This document shows positions 17,899 to 27,537 of a DNA stretch of 44,513 nt, in pieces. The translations under genes and the position numbers were made by a program. The DNA is taken from contig CAZPLO010000010.1 of assembly GCA_964587725.1 (NCBI GenBank), forward strand, positions 1 through 44,513, read 5' to 3'. Within the stretch, counting starts at the first letter, position 1, and each line of letters starts with the position of its first letter. The notes beneath the pieces are model-generated. The model saw nothing but the letters and a program-made list of their open reading frames with translations, was not told the DNA's origin and made no database searches. Source of the DNA: an uncultured archaeon (GTDB lineage: Archaea > Altiarchaeota > Altiarchaeia > IMC4 > SCGC-AAA252-I15).

Positions 17899-17958
17899 GG
17901 CGGTCAGGTCGCCCATCAGTCATCACGTGTCAGTGGTTGTTCGCGTCATCACACCGCC
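17899..17958 (-). ncRNA. Box C/D 2'-O-methylation guide sRNA
   Basis: Minus strand GGCGG-U-GUGAUGA(C)-CGCGAACAACCA-CUGA(D')-CAC-GUGAUGA(C')-CUGAUGGGCGAC-CUGA(D)-CCGCC. Perfect boxes, two 12-nt guides, 5-bp terminal stem, TATA-like TAATAAA about 25 nt upstream. Confidence 0.93.
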
Positions 17959-18043
17959 GGTTAATATTAGCGGCGCATTGGTTTATTAGTCCGGTTTTCT
18001 TTTTCGTCAACGTTTTTCTTATGTAAATTAATATAATACCGCC

Positions 18044-19579
18044 ATGGCCGTCCACTGGAGCGAGGAGGTTGTCGACCGCCTTAGGGAACGCGGCGACAAG
18101 CATGTGATTGAGACAGGCACCAGCATATCCGGCATCCCCCACGTCGGCAACGCCAGCGACGTCATACGCGGGGACTGCGTGCGGAAGGCGCTGCTGGAGG
18201 GGGAATGCAAGGCGGAATTGATTTGGGTGGCGGACGACTCGGACCCGTTCCGGAAGGTGCCTGCTGGCATGGAATCCCTCGCCGACTACCTGGGTTACCC
18301 TGTGAGGGACATACCCGACCCCGACGGATGCCACGGCAGCTTCGTGGAACACTTTGCGGAGCCGTTCGTGAAAAACCTGGAGTCGTTCGGGGTGAAGCCG
18401 ACTGTTTACTCGGGCACGGAACTCTACAGGACCGGGCAGCTAACCGCCGAAATTAAAACCGCGTTCGAGAACAGGGACAAGATAAGGGAAATACTCAACC
18501 AATATCGTCGGGAGCCGCTGCCGGAAGACTACATACCCTGGAGTCCAGTGTGCGGGAACTGCGGCCGCATATCCACCACCAACCCCGCGTCCCTGGACGG
18601 TCTGAAGGTGGGGTACGAGTGCGTGACATCCGACGTTTCAGGCAGCGAGGTCGAAGGATGCGGCCACAGCGGGGAGTCGGATGCGTCGAAGGGCTTGGGG
18701 AAGATGCCTTGGAGGGTTGAGTGGGCCGCCCGCTGGAGCCACTTCAAGGTCACCTGCGAGCCCTTCGGCAAGGAGCATGCGGCGCCAGGAGGCAGCTACG
18801 ACACGTCCAGCATCGTAAGCCGGGAGGTGTTCGGGTGGATGCCGCCGGAGCCGGTGATATACGAGTTCTTCACGTTGAACGGGGAGAAGATATCCAGTTC
18901 GCAGGGGAACGTCATAACGCTGTCGGACTGGCTGGGCATCGCGGAACCTGAAGTATTGAAGTATTTCATGTACAAGCGGCTGCAGAAGCAGCGGGACATA
19001 AACCTGAGCATGCTGCCCAACCTGGTCGACGAATACGACGAAGCAGAACGCATCTACTTCCGGAGGCAGGACGGCGACTCGGGCCTGGCAAGGATGTACG
19101 GACTGGCTCAAACCAAGGAACCCCGGTACCTGAATGTCCCATACACGTTGTGCGCGGTTTTGGGCCAGGTTTCTCCGGACGAAGACGTTCGTTATAAGGT
19201 GGAGTCCATGGGCTACGGGGGATTCGACCCTGTCCGGCTTAAGAGGAGGGTTAGGCTGGCCGGGAACTGGGTCCAGACCCACGGCCCCGAGTACCTGCGT
19301 TTCAAGCTGAACTCGGTGGAGGAATCCCGCATAGTATTCTCAGAACTCCCGGAAGCCGAGAGAAACTGCCTGACGGAGTTGGCGGATTCCATGGCTGGAG
19401 TTAACCCCGAGCAGTTTCACAAGACGATATACGAGACCGCCCGCTCCCACGGGCTGAAGCCCCCGAAACTGTTCAAGTCCATCTACCGGATGCTTATTGG
19501 GAAGGACAAGGGCCCCAAGGCCGCAGCATTCATGCTGTCCCTGGGCAAGGCGGATGTGAAATCCCGTTTCACGGCGTAG
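18044..19579 (+). CDS. lysS: Lysine--tRNA ligase, class I
   Basis: GTSISGIPHVGN, DDSDPFRKVP, KMPWRVEWAARW, EPFGKEH, KISSS. Confidence 0.97.
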   Translation: MAVHWSEEVVDRLRERGDKHVIETGTSISGIPHVGNASDVIRGDCVRKALLEGECKAELIWVADDSDPFRKVPAGMESLADYLGYPVRDIPDPDGCHGSFVEHFAEPFVKNLESFGVKPTVYSGTELYRTGQLTAEIKTAFENRDKIREILNQYRREPLPEDYIPWSPVCGNCGRISTTNPASLDGLKVGYECVTSDVSGSEVEGCGHSGESDASKGLGKMPWRVEWAARWSHFKVTCEPFGKEHAAPGGSYDTSSIVSREVFGWMPPEPVIYEFFTLNGEKISSSQGNVITLSDWLGIAEPEVLKYFMYKRLQKQRDINLSMLPNLVDEYDEAERIYFRRQDGDSGLARMYGLAQTKEPRYLNVPYTLCAVLGQVSPDEDVRYKVESMGYGGFDPVRLKRRVRLAGNWVQTHGPEYLRFKLNSVEESRIVFSELPEAERNCLTELADSMAGVNPEQFHKTIYETARSHGLKPPKLFKSIYRMLIGKDKGPKAAAFMLSLGKADVKSRFTA

Positions 19580-19631
19580 TGTATTTTTAACCGGGTTTTC
19601 TTATACTATTCTACCGTTTGCGGGTGATGTA

Positions 19632-20363
19632 ATGTTTGAGGCTACCATAAACGACACCAAATCCTGGAGGAACAGCGTAGAGGCAATCGCCGCTTTAATC
19701 GACGAAGGCACCTTCCAGATAGACTCCTCAGGCCTTAAGCTGCGGGCGATGGACCCCAGCCAGATAGCGCTGGTGGACTTCGAACTGCCCGCGAAGGCGT
19801 TTGAGAAGTTCAAGTGCGACACCCCCATGAACATCGGAGTCGACTTCGCGGAACTGAACAAGATTACGAAGCGGAGCAAGCCGGAGGACAAAATCGACTT
19901 GTCGCTGGAGGAGAACCGGCTGAACATGGTGTTCAATGGTGAGACCAGGCGGCAGTTCACAACCGCCATCATCGACTCCACATCCAACCCCCCGAAGGAG
20001 CCCAAGATAGAGTTTTCCTCGGAGGTCAAGATTGCGCCCGCCATGATTAAGGAGGCGTTGAAGGACGCGGAGCTGGTTAGCAACCACGTCACATTGAAGG
20101 CCGACAAGGGCTTCAACATCAAAAGCGACGGGGACACCGGCAGCGTCAACATAGAGTTCCCAGAGGACAAGCTGCTGAGCATCAACGTGAAGGCGGAGTC
20201 CCGGGCAGTGTTTTCACTGGAGTATTTGAACAACATACTGAAGGCGGCGGAGATACCGAGCGTAGTTAACATCAGCTTGAAGAGTGATGCGCCGCTGAAG
20301 GTCGACTACAGCATAGGGGACGGCCGCGTAGTGTATTACCTGGCGCCACGGATAGAGACATGA
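19632..20363 (+). CDS. pcn: DNA sliding clamp PCNA
   Basis: LIDEG, LRAMDPSQIAL, FSLEYL, YYLAPRIE. Confidence 0.97.
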   Translation: MFEATINDTKSWRNSVEAIAALIDEGTFQIDSSGLKLRAMDPSQIALVDFELPAKAFEKFKCDTPMNIGVDFAELNKITKRSKPEDKIDLSLEENRLNMVFNGETRRQFTTAIIDSTSNPPKEPKIEFSSEVKIAPAMIKEALKDAELVSNHVTLKADKGFNIKSDGDTGSVNIEFPEDKLLSINVKAESRAVFSLEYLNNILKAAEIPSVVNISLKSDAPLKVDYSIGDGRVVYYLAPRIET

Positions 20364-20806
20364 TAGACGGCCGCATGCTGCTGGCGGCAGTGGTTGCCGC
20401 GCACATCCTCCTCGGAGTTTACGCAGCATACGACGGCGGATTCTTCATATACGGTGTCACCGCCCCGGAGCGTTTCATCTGGCACCTGCTCACCCAGTCT
20501 GAGTCCCACATCACTTTGTCGGGGGCGTCAAAGTATGTTGCAGACGATTTGTGCCTGCAGGACTGCAGAGAGTGCACCATGCACTGCTACGAGATTGAAC
20601 AACTCCGTCTCGGATGCGGCGGCTCCTGTTTGGAGACCTCCCGCGGAACCCTGCTGGCTTCGGAGGAGGACCGGTTCGCCCACGTGCTGAAGTCCGGCGT
20701 CCTGTTGGAGGACGTGGTGTTCCGTTGCCATGAAGCATGCGGGTTCGATTCTTCATTGGGTGGCAACTTCACCTACTCCAGCTACCTGCCGGAGATTATT
20801 TCTTGA
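20360..20806 (+). CDS. Hypothetical secreted/membrane Cys-rich protein
   Basis: ATGA overlap with pcn; N-terminal hydrophobic segment; CxxxC repeats. Confidence 0.6.
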   Translation: MIDGRMLLAAVVAAHILLGVYAAYDGGFFIYGVTAPERFIWHLLTQSESHITLSGASKYVADDLCLQDCRECTMHCYEIEQLRLGCGGSCLETSRGTLLASEEDRFAHVLKSGVLLEDVVFRCHEACGFDSSLGGNFTYSSYLPEIIS

Positions 20807-21587
20807 CCAAGCCTTTGAAGAAACGCAGCCCGTCTCCTTCCGAGTATTCCTTCCTCGTCCAGTCCGCCTGTTGTATGGGGGCTATAACCCGTTCGGGGTG
20901 GGGCATCATGCCGAGGACGTTGCCTTCTGGGTTGCTGATGCCTGCTATGTCGTCTGCTGAGCCGTTGGGGTTCCACGGGAACACTCCGTCGGCGGGGTCG
21001 CCGTCTGGCATGCAGTACCTGAATATTATCTGCCTGTTCCTCCGCAGCCGCTCCACCACCTCTTTTTCTTTTTCGCCGAAGGTGAGCCTGCCTTCGGCGT
21101 GGGCGACGGGAACCTGCAGGATCGCGCCATCCTCTATGCCCTTCGTCACCTTGCACGGGTTCACGTGCCTCAGGTAGGTGGGCCGGCACTGGAACCGGCC
21201 TTCCGCGTTTATGGTCAACACGGCCTCAGGTTTCTCGCTTATGCCGTCGAAGCCCGGCAGGAGTCCGCTTTCCACCAGCACCTGGAATCCGTTGCACACC
21301 CCAACCACCTTTTTCCCAGCGTCTATGAACTCCTGCAGTTCATTGCCGACCCGGCTCTTCAGCCGGGCCCCGAATATCGCGCCCGCGCGGACGTAGTCGC
21401 CTGCGCTCCACCCGCCGGGTATGTAAAGTACGTCGTAGTCTCCGAGCGACCTCATCCTTTCTTTGACGCAGTCGCCGGTCAGCTGCTTCAAATGAACCTC
21501 TTCGGCTTCCACGCCGACTGTCCGGAAGGCCCGGACGCTCTCGTCCTCGCAGTTCGTGCCTTCAATCAGCAACACGCAGGCCTTCAC
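20796..21587 (-). CDS. purQ: FGAM synthase glutaminase subunit
   Basis: GTNCE, PGGWSAGDY, GVCNGFQ, VAHAEG, MMPHPER; start GTG 21587. Confidence 0.96.
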   Translation of the reverse strand: MKACVLLIEGTNCEDESVRAFRTVGVEAEEVHLKQLTGDCVKERMRSLGDYDVLYIPGGWSAGDYVRAGAIFGARLKSRVGNELQEFIDAGKKVVGVCNGFQVLVESGLLPGFDGISEKPEAVLTINAEGRFQCRPTYLRHVNPCKVTKGIEDGAILQVPVAHAEGRLTFGEKEKEVVERLRRNRQIIFRYCMPDGDPADGVFPWNPNGSADDIAGISNPEGNVLGMMPHPERVIAPIQQADWTRKEYSEGDGLRFFKGLVKK

Positions 21588-23890
21588 TCCGGCACCTCCG
21601 GTTCCACGGCGGAATCCCACCTGCCGCGGACTTCCTCCAATTTCAAAGCTATTTCAACTTTTTTATCAATTATCCTGATTTTTTTATCACTATTTGTTAC
21701 CCCGATTTTCGCCGCGTCAACCCGTTTCTCGAAATCCGCGGCGTCTTCCTCACGCACTTCAACCAGCCACCGGCCGTTGCTTTCGCTGAACAATTTCACG
21801 TCCGTTGGCAGGTTTCCGACCACGCCCAAATCCAGCTCCACCCCCATGTCGCCGCCCAAACACATCTCAGCAAGGGCAACGAACAGTCCGCCTTCGCTGG
21901 GGTCGTGGCAGCTCCTCACCAACCCAGCGTCCATGGCCTTCAACACCTGGTTCATCCCCTCCACGGTCTTTCCGGGCTCCACCTTCGGAACCCGTCCGCC
22001 CTCGGCGCCCAGCATCCTGTAATACTGCGACCCCCTTAACTCGTCCTTGGTCTCCCCCACCAGATACAATATGCTGCCCTCCTCTTTCAAGTCGGAGGTC
22101 ACGCACTTCCGCACGTCATCGGCTATTCCCACACCCATCAATGTTGGAGTAGGAGCAATCGGTCCGCGGGGGCCCTCGTTGTACAAGCTGACGTTGCCTG
22201 AAACGAACGGTATCCCGAAGGCGCTGGCCGCATAGTGCAGGCCCTGGGTCGCCTTGAAGAACGCCCCCAGCCGGTCCTTCTTCTCCGGGTTCCCGAAGTT
22301 GAGGCAGTCGGCCATGGAATGCGGGCGGCTGTTCACGCACACGAGATTCCTCACCACCTCTTCGACGGCGCTGGCTGCCCCCCAGTAAGGGTCCTCACGG
22401 CACAGGAACGGGTTCACGTCCGCGGTCACAGCCAGTCCCTTGTTTGAGTCCTCCAGCGGCTTCATCACCGCGGCGTCGCCGTGGGATTGTTTGTTGACGA
22501 CGCCCTGCATGGGCTTCAACACCGTGTTGCCTCTGACCTCGTGGTCGTAACGCCGTATAATCGACTCCCGGCTGCCGACGTTCTGCATGCTCAGTATGTT
22601 CAGGCAGGCTTCCCGGAGGTCCGGCGTTTCATACTCTACTTCAGTGTCATTTGTTTCGGGCAGCTCGTACGGCCGGCTGTAGCATACGCCCTTTATCAGG
22701 AACTCCAAGTCCAAATCCAGCACGGTCTCGCCGTGGTATGTGGCCTTGATTCTGCCGCTGTCGTCCACACGTCCGACGACCGCTGCGGGGACGTCCCAGA
22801 AGTCGAATATCTCCAACACCCTGTCGACGTCCTCCTCCTTAACGGACACCATCATCCGCTCCTGGCTTTCGGAAACCCATATCTCCCACGGCTTCACCCC
22901 CTGCTCCTTCAAGTGTATCCTGTCCAGTTCTATGACGCCGCCGAGCCCGGCTGCGTGCGCCATCTCCGCGGACACGCAGCTGAGTCCGCCGCCGCCGAAG
23001 TCCTTCATCCCCGTAAGAAGGCCCTTCCTGTTGGCTTCGAGGCAGGCGTGCATAAGCGGCTCCTTCATTATCGCATAACCGAGTTGAACTGCCGGCCGGC
23101 TTTCGGTTTCGCTGCTTTCATCCAGTTCCGCGGAAGCGAAGGTTACTCCGTGTATGCCGTCCCTGCCGGTCTTCCCGCCAGCCAAAATGAACACGTCCCC
23201 CGTGTTTCCGGCGTAGCTGTGTATTATTTCGTCCTTGGGCACGATGCCTATGCAGCCAACGTTCACCAGGCAGTTGCTGACGTAGCTTTCGTCGAAGCAC
23301 ACCATTCCTGCAACAGTCGGTATGCCCACGCGGTTTCCGTAGGCTGCAATGCCTGACACTACTCCGTGATACAGGTAGCGGGGGTGTTTAGTGCCCGCAG
23401 GAAGTGTTCCATCATAGTCCAGGGGGCCGAAGAACAGCGGGTCAACCAACGCAATCGGCTGCGCACCCATGCACACCACATCCCTTAGTATGCCTCCGAC
23501 TCCCGTGGCTGCTCCGCCGTAGGGGTCCAGTGCAGACGGGTGATTATGGGACTCCAGTGCGACGACGTACGCGTGTTTTTCGTCGAAGTCCACCACCCCC
23601 GCGTCCTCGGATATGACGCAGATGTTCTGCGGCGCCTCTATGCTGAACACCGTCTCCTCCAGTATGGGTTTGCTGCTCTTGTAGCAGCAGTGTTCGCTCC
23701 AGCTCTGCGCCACAGCCTCCAGTTCCACGTCCGTGGGGTTGCGTCCTTCTTTTTTGAACCGGTCGCGGACCAGCTTCATCTCGTCCAGTGACAGCCCCAG
23801 GCTCCGTGTCCTGCTTAATTCCTCCAGCTCCAAATCCGACGCCTCAACCAGTTCGACTTCCAAAACGTCTTCCATCCGCTCCCTGTACAA
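21584..23890 (-). CDS. purL: FGAM synthase subunit PurL
   Basis: WSEHCCYKSS, ESHNHPS, GRDGIHG, SESQERM, DCLNFGNP, SGNVSLYN. Confidence 0.97.
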   Translation of the reverse strand: MYRERMEDVLEVELVEASDLELEELSRTRSLGLSLDEMKLVRDRFKKEGRNPTDVELEAVAQSWSEHCCYKSSKPILEETVFSIEAPQNICVISEDAGVVDFDEKHAYVVALESHNHPSALDPYGGAATGVGGILRDVVCMGAQPIALVDPLFFGPLDYDGTLPAGTKHPRYLYHGVVSGIAAYGNRVGIPTVAGMVCFDESYVSNCLVNVGCIGIVPKDEIIHSYAGNTGDVFILAGGKTGRDGIHGVTFASAELDESSETESRPAVQLGYAIMKEPLMHACLEANRKGLLTGMKDFGGGGLSCVSAEMAHAAGLGGVIELDRIHLKEQGVKPWEIWVSESQERMMVSVKEEDVDRVLEIFDFWDVPAAVVGRVDDSGRIKATYHGETVLDLDLEFLIKGVCYSRPYELPETNDTEVEYETPDLREACLNILSMQNVGSRESIIRRYDHEVRGNTVLKPMQGVVNKQSHGDAAVMKPLEDSNKGLAVTADVNPFLCREDPYWGAASAVEEVVRNLVCVNSRPHSMADCLNFGNPEKKDRLGAFFKATQGLHYAASAFGIPFVSGNVSLYNEGPRGPIAPTPTLMGVGIADDVRKCVTSDLKEEGSILYLVGETKDELRGSQYYRMLGAEGGRVPKVEPGKTVEGMNQVLKAMDAGLVRSCHDPSEGGLFVALAEMCLGGDMGVELDLGVVGNLPTDVKLFSESNGRWLVEVREEDAADFEKRVDAAKIGVTNSDKKIRIIDKKVEIALKLEEVRGRWDSAVEPEVPE

Positions 23891-24136
23891 CTACACCACC
23901 CTGACCTGGTAATCCTGTATCACCGGGTTCGCCAGCAGCTTCTCACACGCCTCCCCCATAGACTCAACCGCCTTCTCCTCGGACTCGGCCTCCGCAACAA
24001 CCCTATAGACCTTAACCGTCTCCACGTCCTTCACGTCGAATCCCAGCAGCCGGAGGCTCTTCTCCACCGTCTCTCCCTCGGCGTCCAACACCCCCTCCTT
24101 CAGTTCGACCCTGACTTCAACCATGTATTCCATCAT
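23891..24136 (-). CDS. purS: FGAM synthase subunit PurS
   Basis: LKEGVLDAEG, CEKLLANPVI. Confidence 0.95.
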   Translation of the reverse strand: MMEYMVEVRVELKEGVLDAEGETVEKSLRLLGFDVKDVETVKVYRVVAEAESEEKAVESMGEACEKLLANPVIQDYQVRVV

Positions 24137-24711
24137 ATCTTCCCCCTGATTTTCGCGTCGTAGACGAGGTCTTCGAGTTTGTTGAGGTTGTATTTTATCT
24201 GGTCCGTCTTACGGCGGGCTTCGCCGCCCTCCAAGTCGAGGCTGAGTATGCCTCCGTATATGTCCGATACAGTATCCTTTATCCAGACGGCGCGTTCGTA
24301 GCGTTCGTTTATCATGTCGTCCACCGCCTTCCGGACGAGTTCGCCGGTGAGGTCGCTCAACCCCATCAGATACGATTCCGTGTCCGCGCGGAGGTCTTCT
24401 CTAGTAGGCAGTTTTTTGTCGGTCATGAGGCCGTAGTATGTGAGTGCTTCAACGTATTCCTGCACGGCGACGCCGTAGCTGCCGTGTCTGCGAAGCCGTT
24501 CGTCGGAGGCGATCCCATCCAGCTCCCCCCTCTTCTCTTTTATCTCCGCCGCATGCTTTTCAGCGGCCTCCATGTCGCCGCGGTGTACGCTGTATATGAG
24601 TTCCTTGCTCTTCCGCACCAGCTCCCTGCTTAAGTTGCTCTGCCGTATCTTGGATTCAGCCAGTTCTGAGAGCTCCTTTCTCATGCCGGCAAGCTCTTTC
24701 TCGTCCATCAT
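24133..24711 (-). CDS. Translin/TRAX-like (archaeal C3PO-type) protein
   Basis: SRELVRKSKELIYSVHRG, QEYVEA, YLMGLSDLTGELVR, RRKTD. Confidence 0.85.
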   Translation of the reverse strand: MMDEKELAGMRKELSELAESKIRQSNLSRELVRKSKELIYSVHRGDMEAAEKHAAEIKEKRGELDGIASDERLRRHGSYGVAVQEYVEALTYYGLMTDKKLPTREDLRADTESYLMGLSDLTGELVRKAVDDMINERYERAVWIKDTVSDIYGGILSLDLEGGEARRKTDQIKYNLNKLEDLVYDAKIRGKI

Positions 24712-24783
24712 TTTGCGGGGTTAATATTATGTTAAAGCATTAATATGCTGGAGTACTCAGTATTAACCCATTCATAGGTTAAA

Positions 24784-25863
24784 ATGGTTTCTATCGTGGT
24801 TGGAGGACATTACGGAGACGAAGGCAAGGGAAAGATTGTGTCGTACCTGGCTGTTAAAGACCGGCCGGACTGCATAGGCCGCGCGGGCGTGGGCCCCAAC
24901 GCAGGCCACACCGTCGTCCATGACGGCAAAAGATACGGGCTCCGCATGATAACCTGCGGCTTCGTCAACCCCGGCTCCAAGCTGCTCATCGGCGCCGGCG
25001 TTTTAGTGGACGTTGACCGCTTCCTGGAGGAGGTGGAGATGACCGGCGTCAAAGACCGCATATACGTGGACGAACGCTGCGCAGTCATCGAAGACGAGCA
25101 CAAGCAACAGGACAAGGGCGGGAACAGCAAGAAAATAGGGACCACCGGAAGCGGCTGCGGCCCCGCGAACGCGGCGCGCGTCAACCGCGTTGTAAAACTC
25201 GCCCGCGACTTCCCAGAGCTGAAGGATTACCTGGCGGACGTTCCGCAGGTGGTGAACGACGCCATCGACGACGGAAAAGAGGTGTTGATTGAGGCCAGTC
25301 AGGGCTTCGGCCTCAGCCTCTACTACGGAAACTACCCGTATGTTACGAGCAAGGACACGTCCGCATCCACCGCCGCCGCCGACCTAGGCGTGGGGCCGAC
25401 ACGGGTAGATGACGTGTACGTAATCTACAAAGCCTACATGAGCAGGGTCGGCGAAGACCCCCACATACACTATCTAACCGACGACGAGGTTAAGGAGACC
25501 CCGTATTGGACCCGGCTTCTGGGGGAAGCGGATGAAAAGGGGTTAGACGGCACCTCCAACGAGAAATTGGCGAAGCTCCTGGGGGAGGTGGGCACCGTGA
25601 CGGGGAGACCGCGGAAGATAGGCACGTTCGACTTCGATTTAGCCAGGTATTCTGCTAAGGTGAACGGCGCAACACAGATATGCGTCACCTGCCTGGACAA
25701 ACTGTTCCCCGAATGCGCGGGCGCCAGGGACCTGAGTGGATTGTCGGATGACGCGTTGGAGCATGTGAAGAAAATCGAGGAGGCGGTTGGCGTGAAGGCG
25801 TCGCTGCTTTCAACCGGCCCCGCCGACGAAGACGTCGTGGACTTGAGGGATGGATCCTGCTAA
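24784..25863 (+). CDS. purA: Adenylosuccinate synthetase (short archaeal type)
   Basis: GGHYGDEGKGK, GPNAGHT, IGTTGSGCGPA, YPYVTSKD, GTVTGRPR. Confidence 0.97.
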   Translation: MVSIVVGGHYGDEGKGKIVSYLAVKDRPDCIGRAGVGPNAGHTVVHDGKRYGLRMITCGFVNPGSKLLIGAGVLVDVDRFLEEVEMTGVKDRIYVDERCAVIEDEHKQQDKGGNSKKIGTTGSGCGPANAARVNRVVKLARDFPELKDYLADVPQVVNDAIDDGKEVLIEASQGFGLSLYYGNYPYVTSKDTSASTAAADLGVGPTRVDDVYVIYKAYMSRVGEDPHIHYLTDDEVKETPYWTRLLGEADEKGLDGTSNEKLAKLLGEVGTVTGRPRKIGTFDFDLARYSAKVNGATQICVTCLDKLFPECAGARDLSGLSDDALEHVKKIEEAVGVKASLLSTGPADEDVVDLRDGSC

Positions 25864-26461
25864 GGAACTGGAGGAGGAGCACAAGAGGAGAATCCAACTG
25901 GAGGAGCAGCTGGCTTTCTGGCAGGAGAAGGGGAAGGAAGGCCTGCCGCCCGAGCAGATAGCGTTGGCAATAAACAAGCAGCAGCTGGATTCCGTCACCT
26001 TCCAGCTGGTCAAATGCAGGCGTCAGATCGCTGAACTGAATTCTGAACTGAAGGACAGGGACCGCAGACTCAAGGAATTCTCCGAGCAGGTGGAGTCCCT
26101 GGAGGACGACATCGACCTTCTTAGGAAGGAGAACAGGGAACTGAAGAGTCAGCCGAGTTCGCCGCAGGAGGGTCAGAAGACCGGTTCCATGGACATACCG
26201 TCGGATGAGGATTTGAACAATCTCCTGGATTCGGCTGTGGAGAAGAAGGTTAAGGAGCCCAAACGCACCATAAGGGATTTCGTGCAGGTGCTCCGCAGGA
26301 TTGAGCGAATCAAGCCTCTGGATGCGTCGCTGCTGCTGAACGTCAGACAGGATGAGGTCATGAAATGGGCCGAGGAGCTGAAGAAGAGAGGGTACCTGAC
26401 CGTGGACGGCTTGGACAAGAAGACGCTGGTGGCCACGGACAAGCTTCTGAAGACAAGATGA
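25850..26461 (+). CDS. Hypothetical coiled-coil protein with C-terminal winged-helix-like domain
   Basis: Heptad-rich N-terminal half; C-terminal ASLLLNVRQDEVMKWAEELKKRGYL. Confidence 0.7.
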   Translation: MDPAKELEEEHKRRIQLEEQLAFWQEKGKEGLPPEQIALAINKQQLDSVTFQLVKCRRQIAELNSELKDRDRRLKEFSEQVESLEDDIDLLRKENRELKSQPSSPQEGQKTGSMDIPSDEDLNNLLDSAVEKKVKEPKRTIRDFVQVLRRIERIKPLDASLLLNVRQDEVMKWAEELKKRGYLTVDGLDKKTLVATDKLLKTR

Positions 26462-27537
26462 GATACGACGTCGCCGTGGTGGGCAACGGCCCCGCAGGTT
26501 GCATGTCAGCTGAACACGCTGCAGCAGACACCGTGCTGATAGGCGGCGGACAGAGGCGCGTCCAATGCGCCGGGTTGATAAGCAAGTCCGGGTTTGAACG
26601 ATTGGGTGTTAAGGCTAACGGGTTCGTGTTGAACGAGGTCCGGGGCGCCAAACTGATTTCACCCTCAGGAGTCGTCGCCGAAGTCGACGCAGGGCAGACA
26701 AAAGCCTACGCCGTCAACCGGATGGCGTTCGACAACCACCTCCTCCACAGGGCGGTGGATTCGGGTGTGACGTACGTGGACGACTGGGTCCAGTCGTTGA
26801 ACGGCTCCATCGAACTCCGGTACGGCGGCGCGCTGAAGGCCGGCCGCACAGTATTGGCCACGGGCACCGACTACACGCTGCACCGGCAGCTCACCCTCGA
26901 CCACCCCCGTGAGTTCCTCATAGGCGGCCAGTACGAGATGAACGTCGACTGCGACCCCGACATGGTGGAACTCCACTTCACCGTCCCCGACTTCTTCGCA
27001 TGGGTCATACCATTGGGTGACAGGGCGAGGGTGGGTTTGTGCGTGAAGTCAAACCCCCGCCCCCACCTGAACTCGTTCGTGAAACAACTGAAGTCCGACG
27101 GCCGCATAAAATCCGACAGGGTTTATTCGGAGTCCTTCGGCGTCATACCCGTCCACGACCCAGGCTTGAAGACCCAGTACGACGGCGTCGTAACCGTGGG
27201 GGACGCGGCAGGCCAGGTTAAGGCGTCCACCGGCGGAGGCATAGTCTTCGGCGGCGTGTCGGCGGAACACGTCCTCCACCCAGACTACGAGCACGCGTGG
27301 AGGCGGGAGATAGGCTGGGAGCTCCGCCTGCACCTGATGATACACCGGTTCCTCGCCCGCCTGTCCGACAAAGGCAAGGACCGCCTGTTCACTGCAGTCC
27401 GTGAAGGCGGCGGCTCCCTTGAAAGAAAGGGGGACATGGACTACGCCTCCAAAACCCTGTCAGCCCTCGTAACCAACCCGTCGTTCATGGCGAAATCCCT
27501 GATGAACCTGCCGTGGCTCCTCGCAGACCTTATTTAA
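26458..27537 (+). CDS. Geranylgeranyl reductase family FAD oxidoreductase
   Basis: MRYDVAVVGNGPAG, QCAGLIS, FFAWVIP, VGDAAGQVKASTGGGI; start ATG 26458. Confidence 0.9.
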   Translation: MRYDVAVVGNGPAGCMSAEHAAADTVLIGGGQRRVQCAGLISKSGFERLGVKANGFVLNEVRGAKLISPSGVVAEVDAGQTKAYAVNRMAFDNHLLHRAVDSGVTYVDDWVQSLNGSIELRYGGALKAGRTVLATGTDYTLHRQLTLDHPREFLIGGQYEMNVDCDPDMVELHFTVPDFFAWVIPLGDRARVGLCVKSNPRPHLNSFVKQLKSDGRIKSDRVYSESFGVIPVHDPGLKTQYDGVVTVGDAAGQVKASTGGGIVFGGVSAEHVLHPDYEHAWRREIGWELRLHLMIHRFLARLSDKGKDRLFTAVREGGGSLERKGDMDYASKTLSALVTNPSFMAKSLMNLPWLLADLI

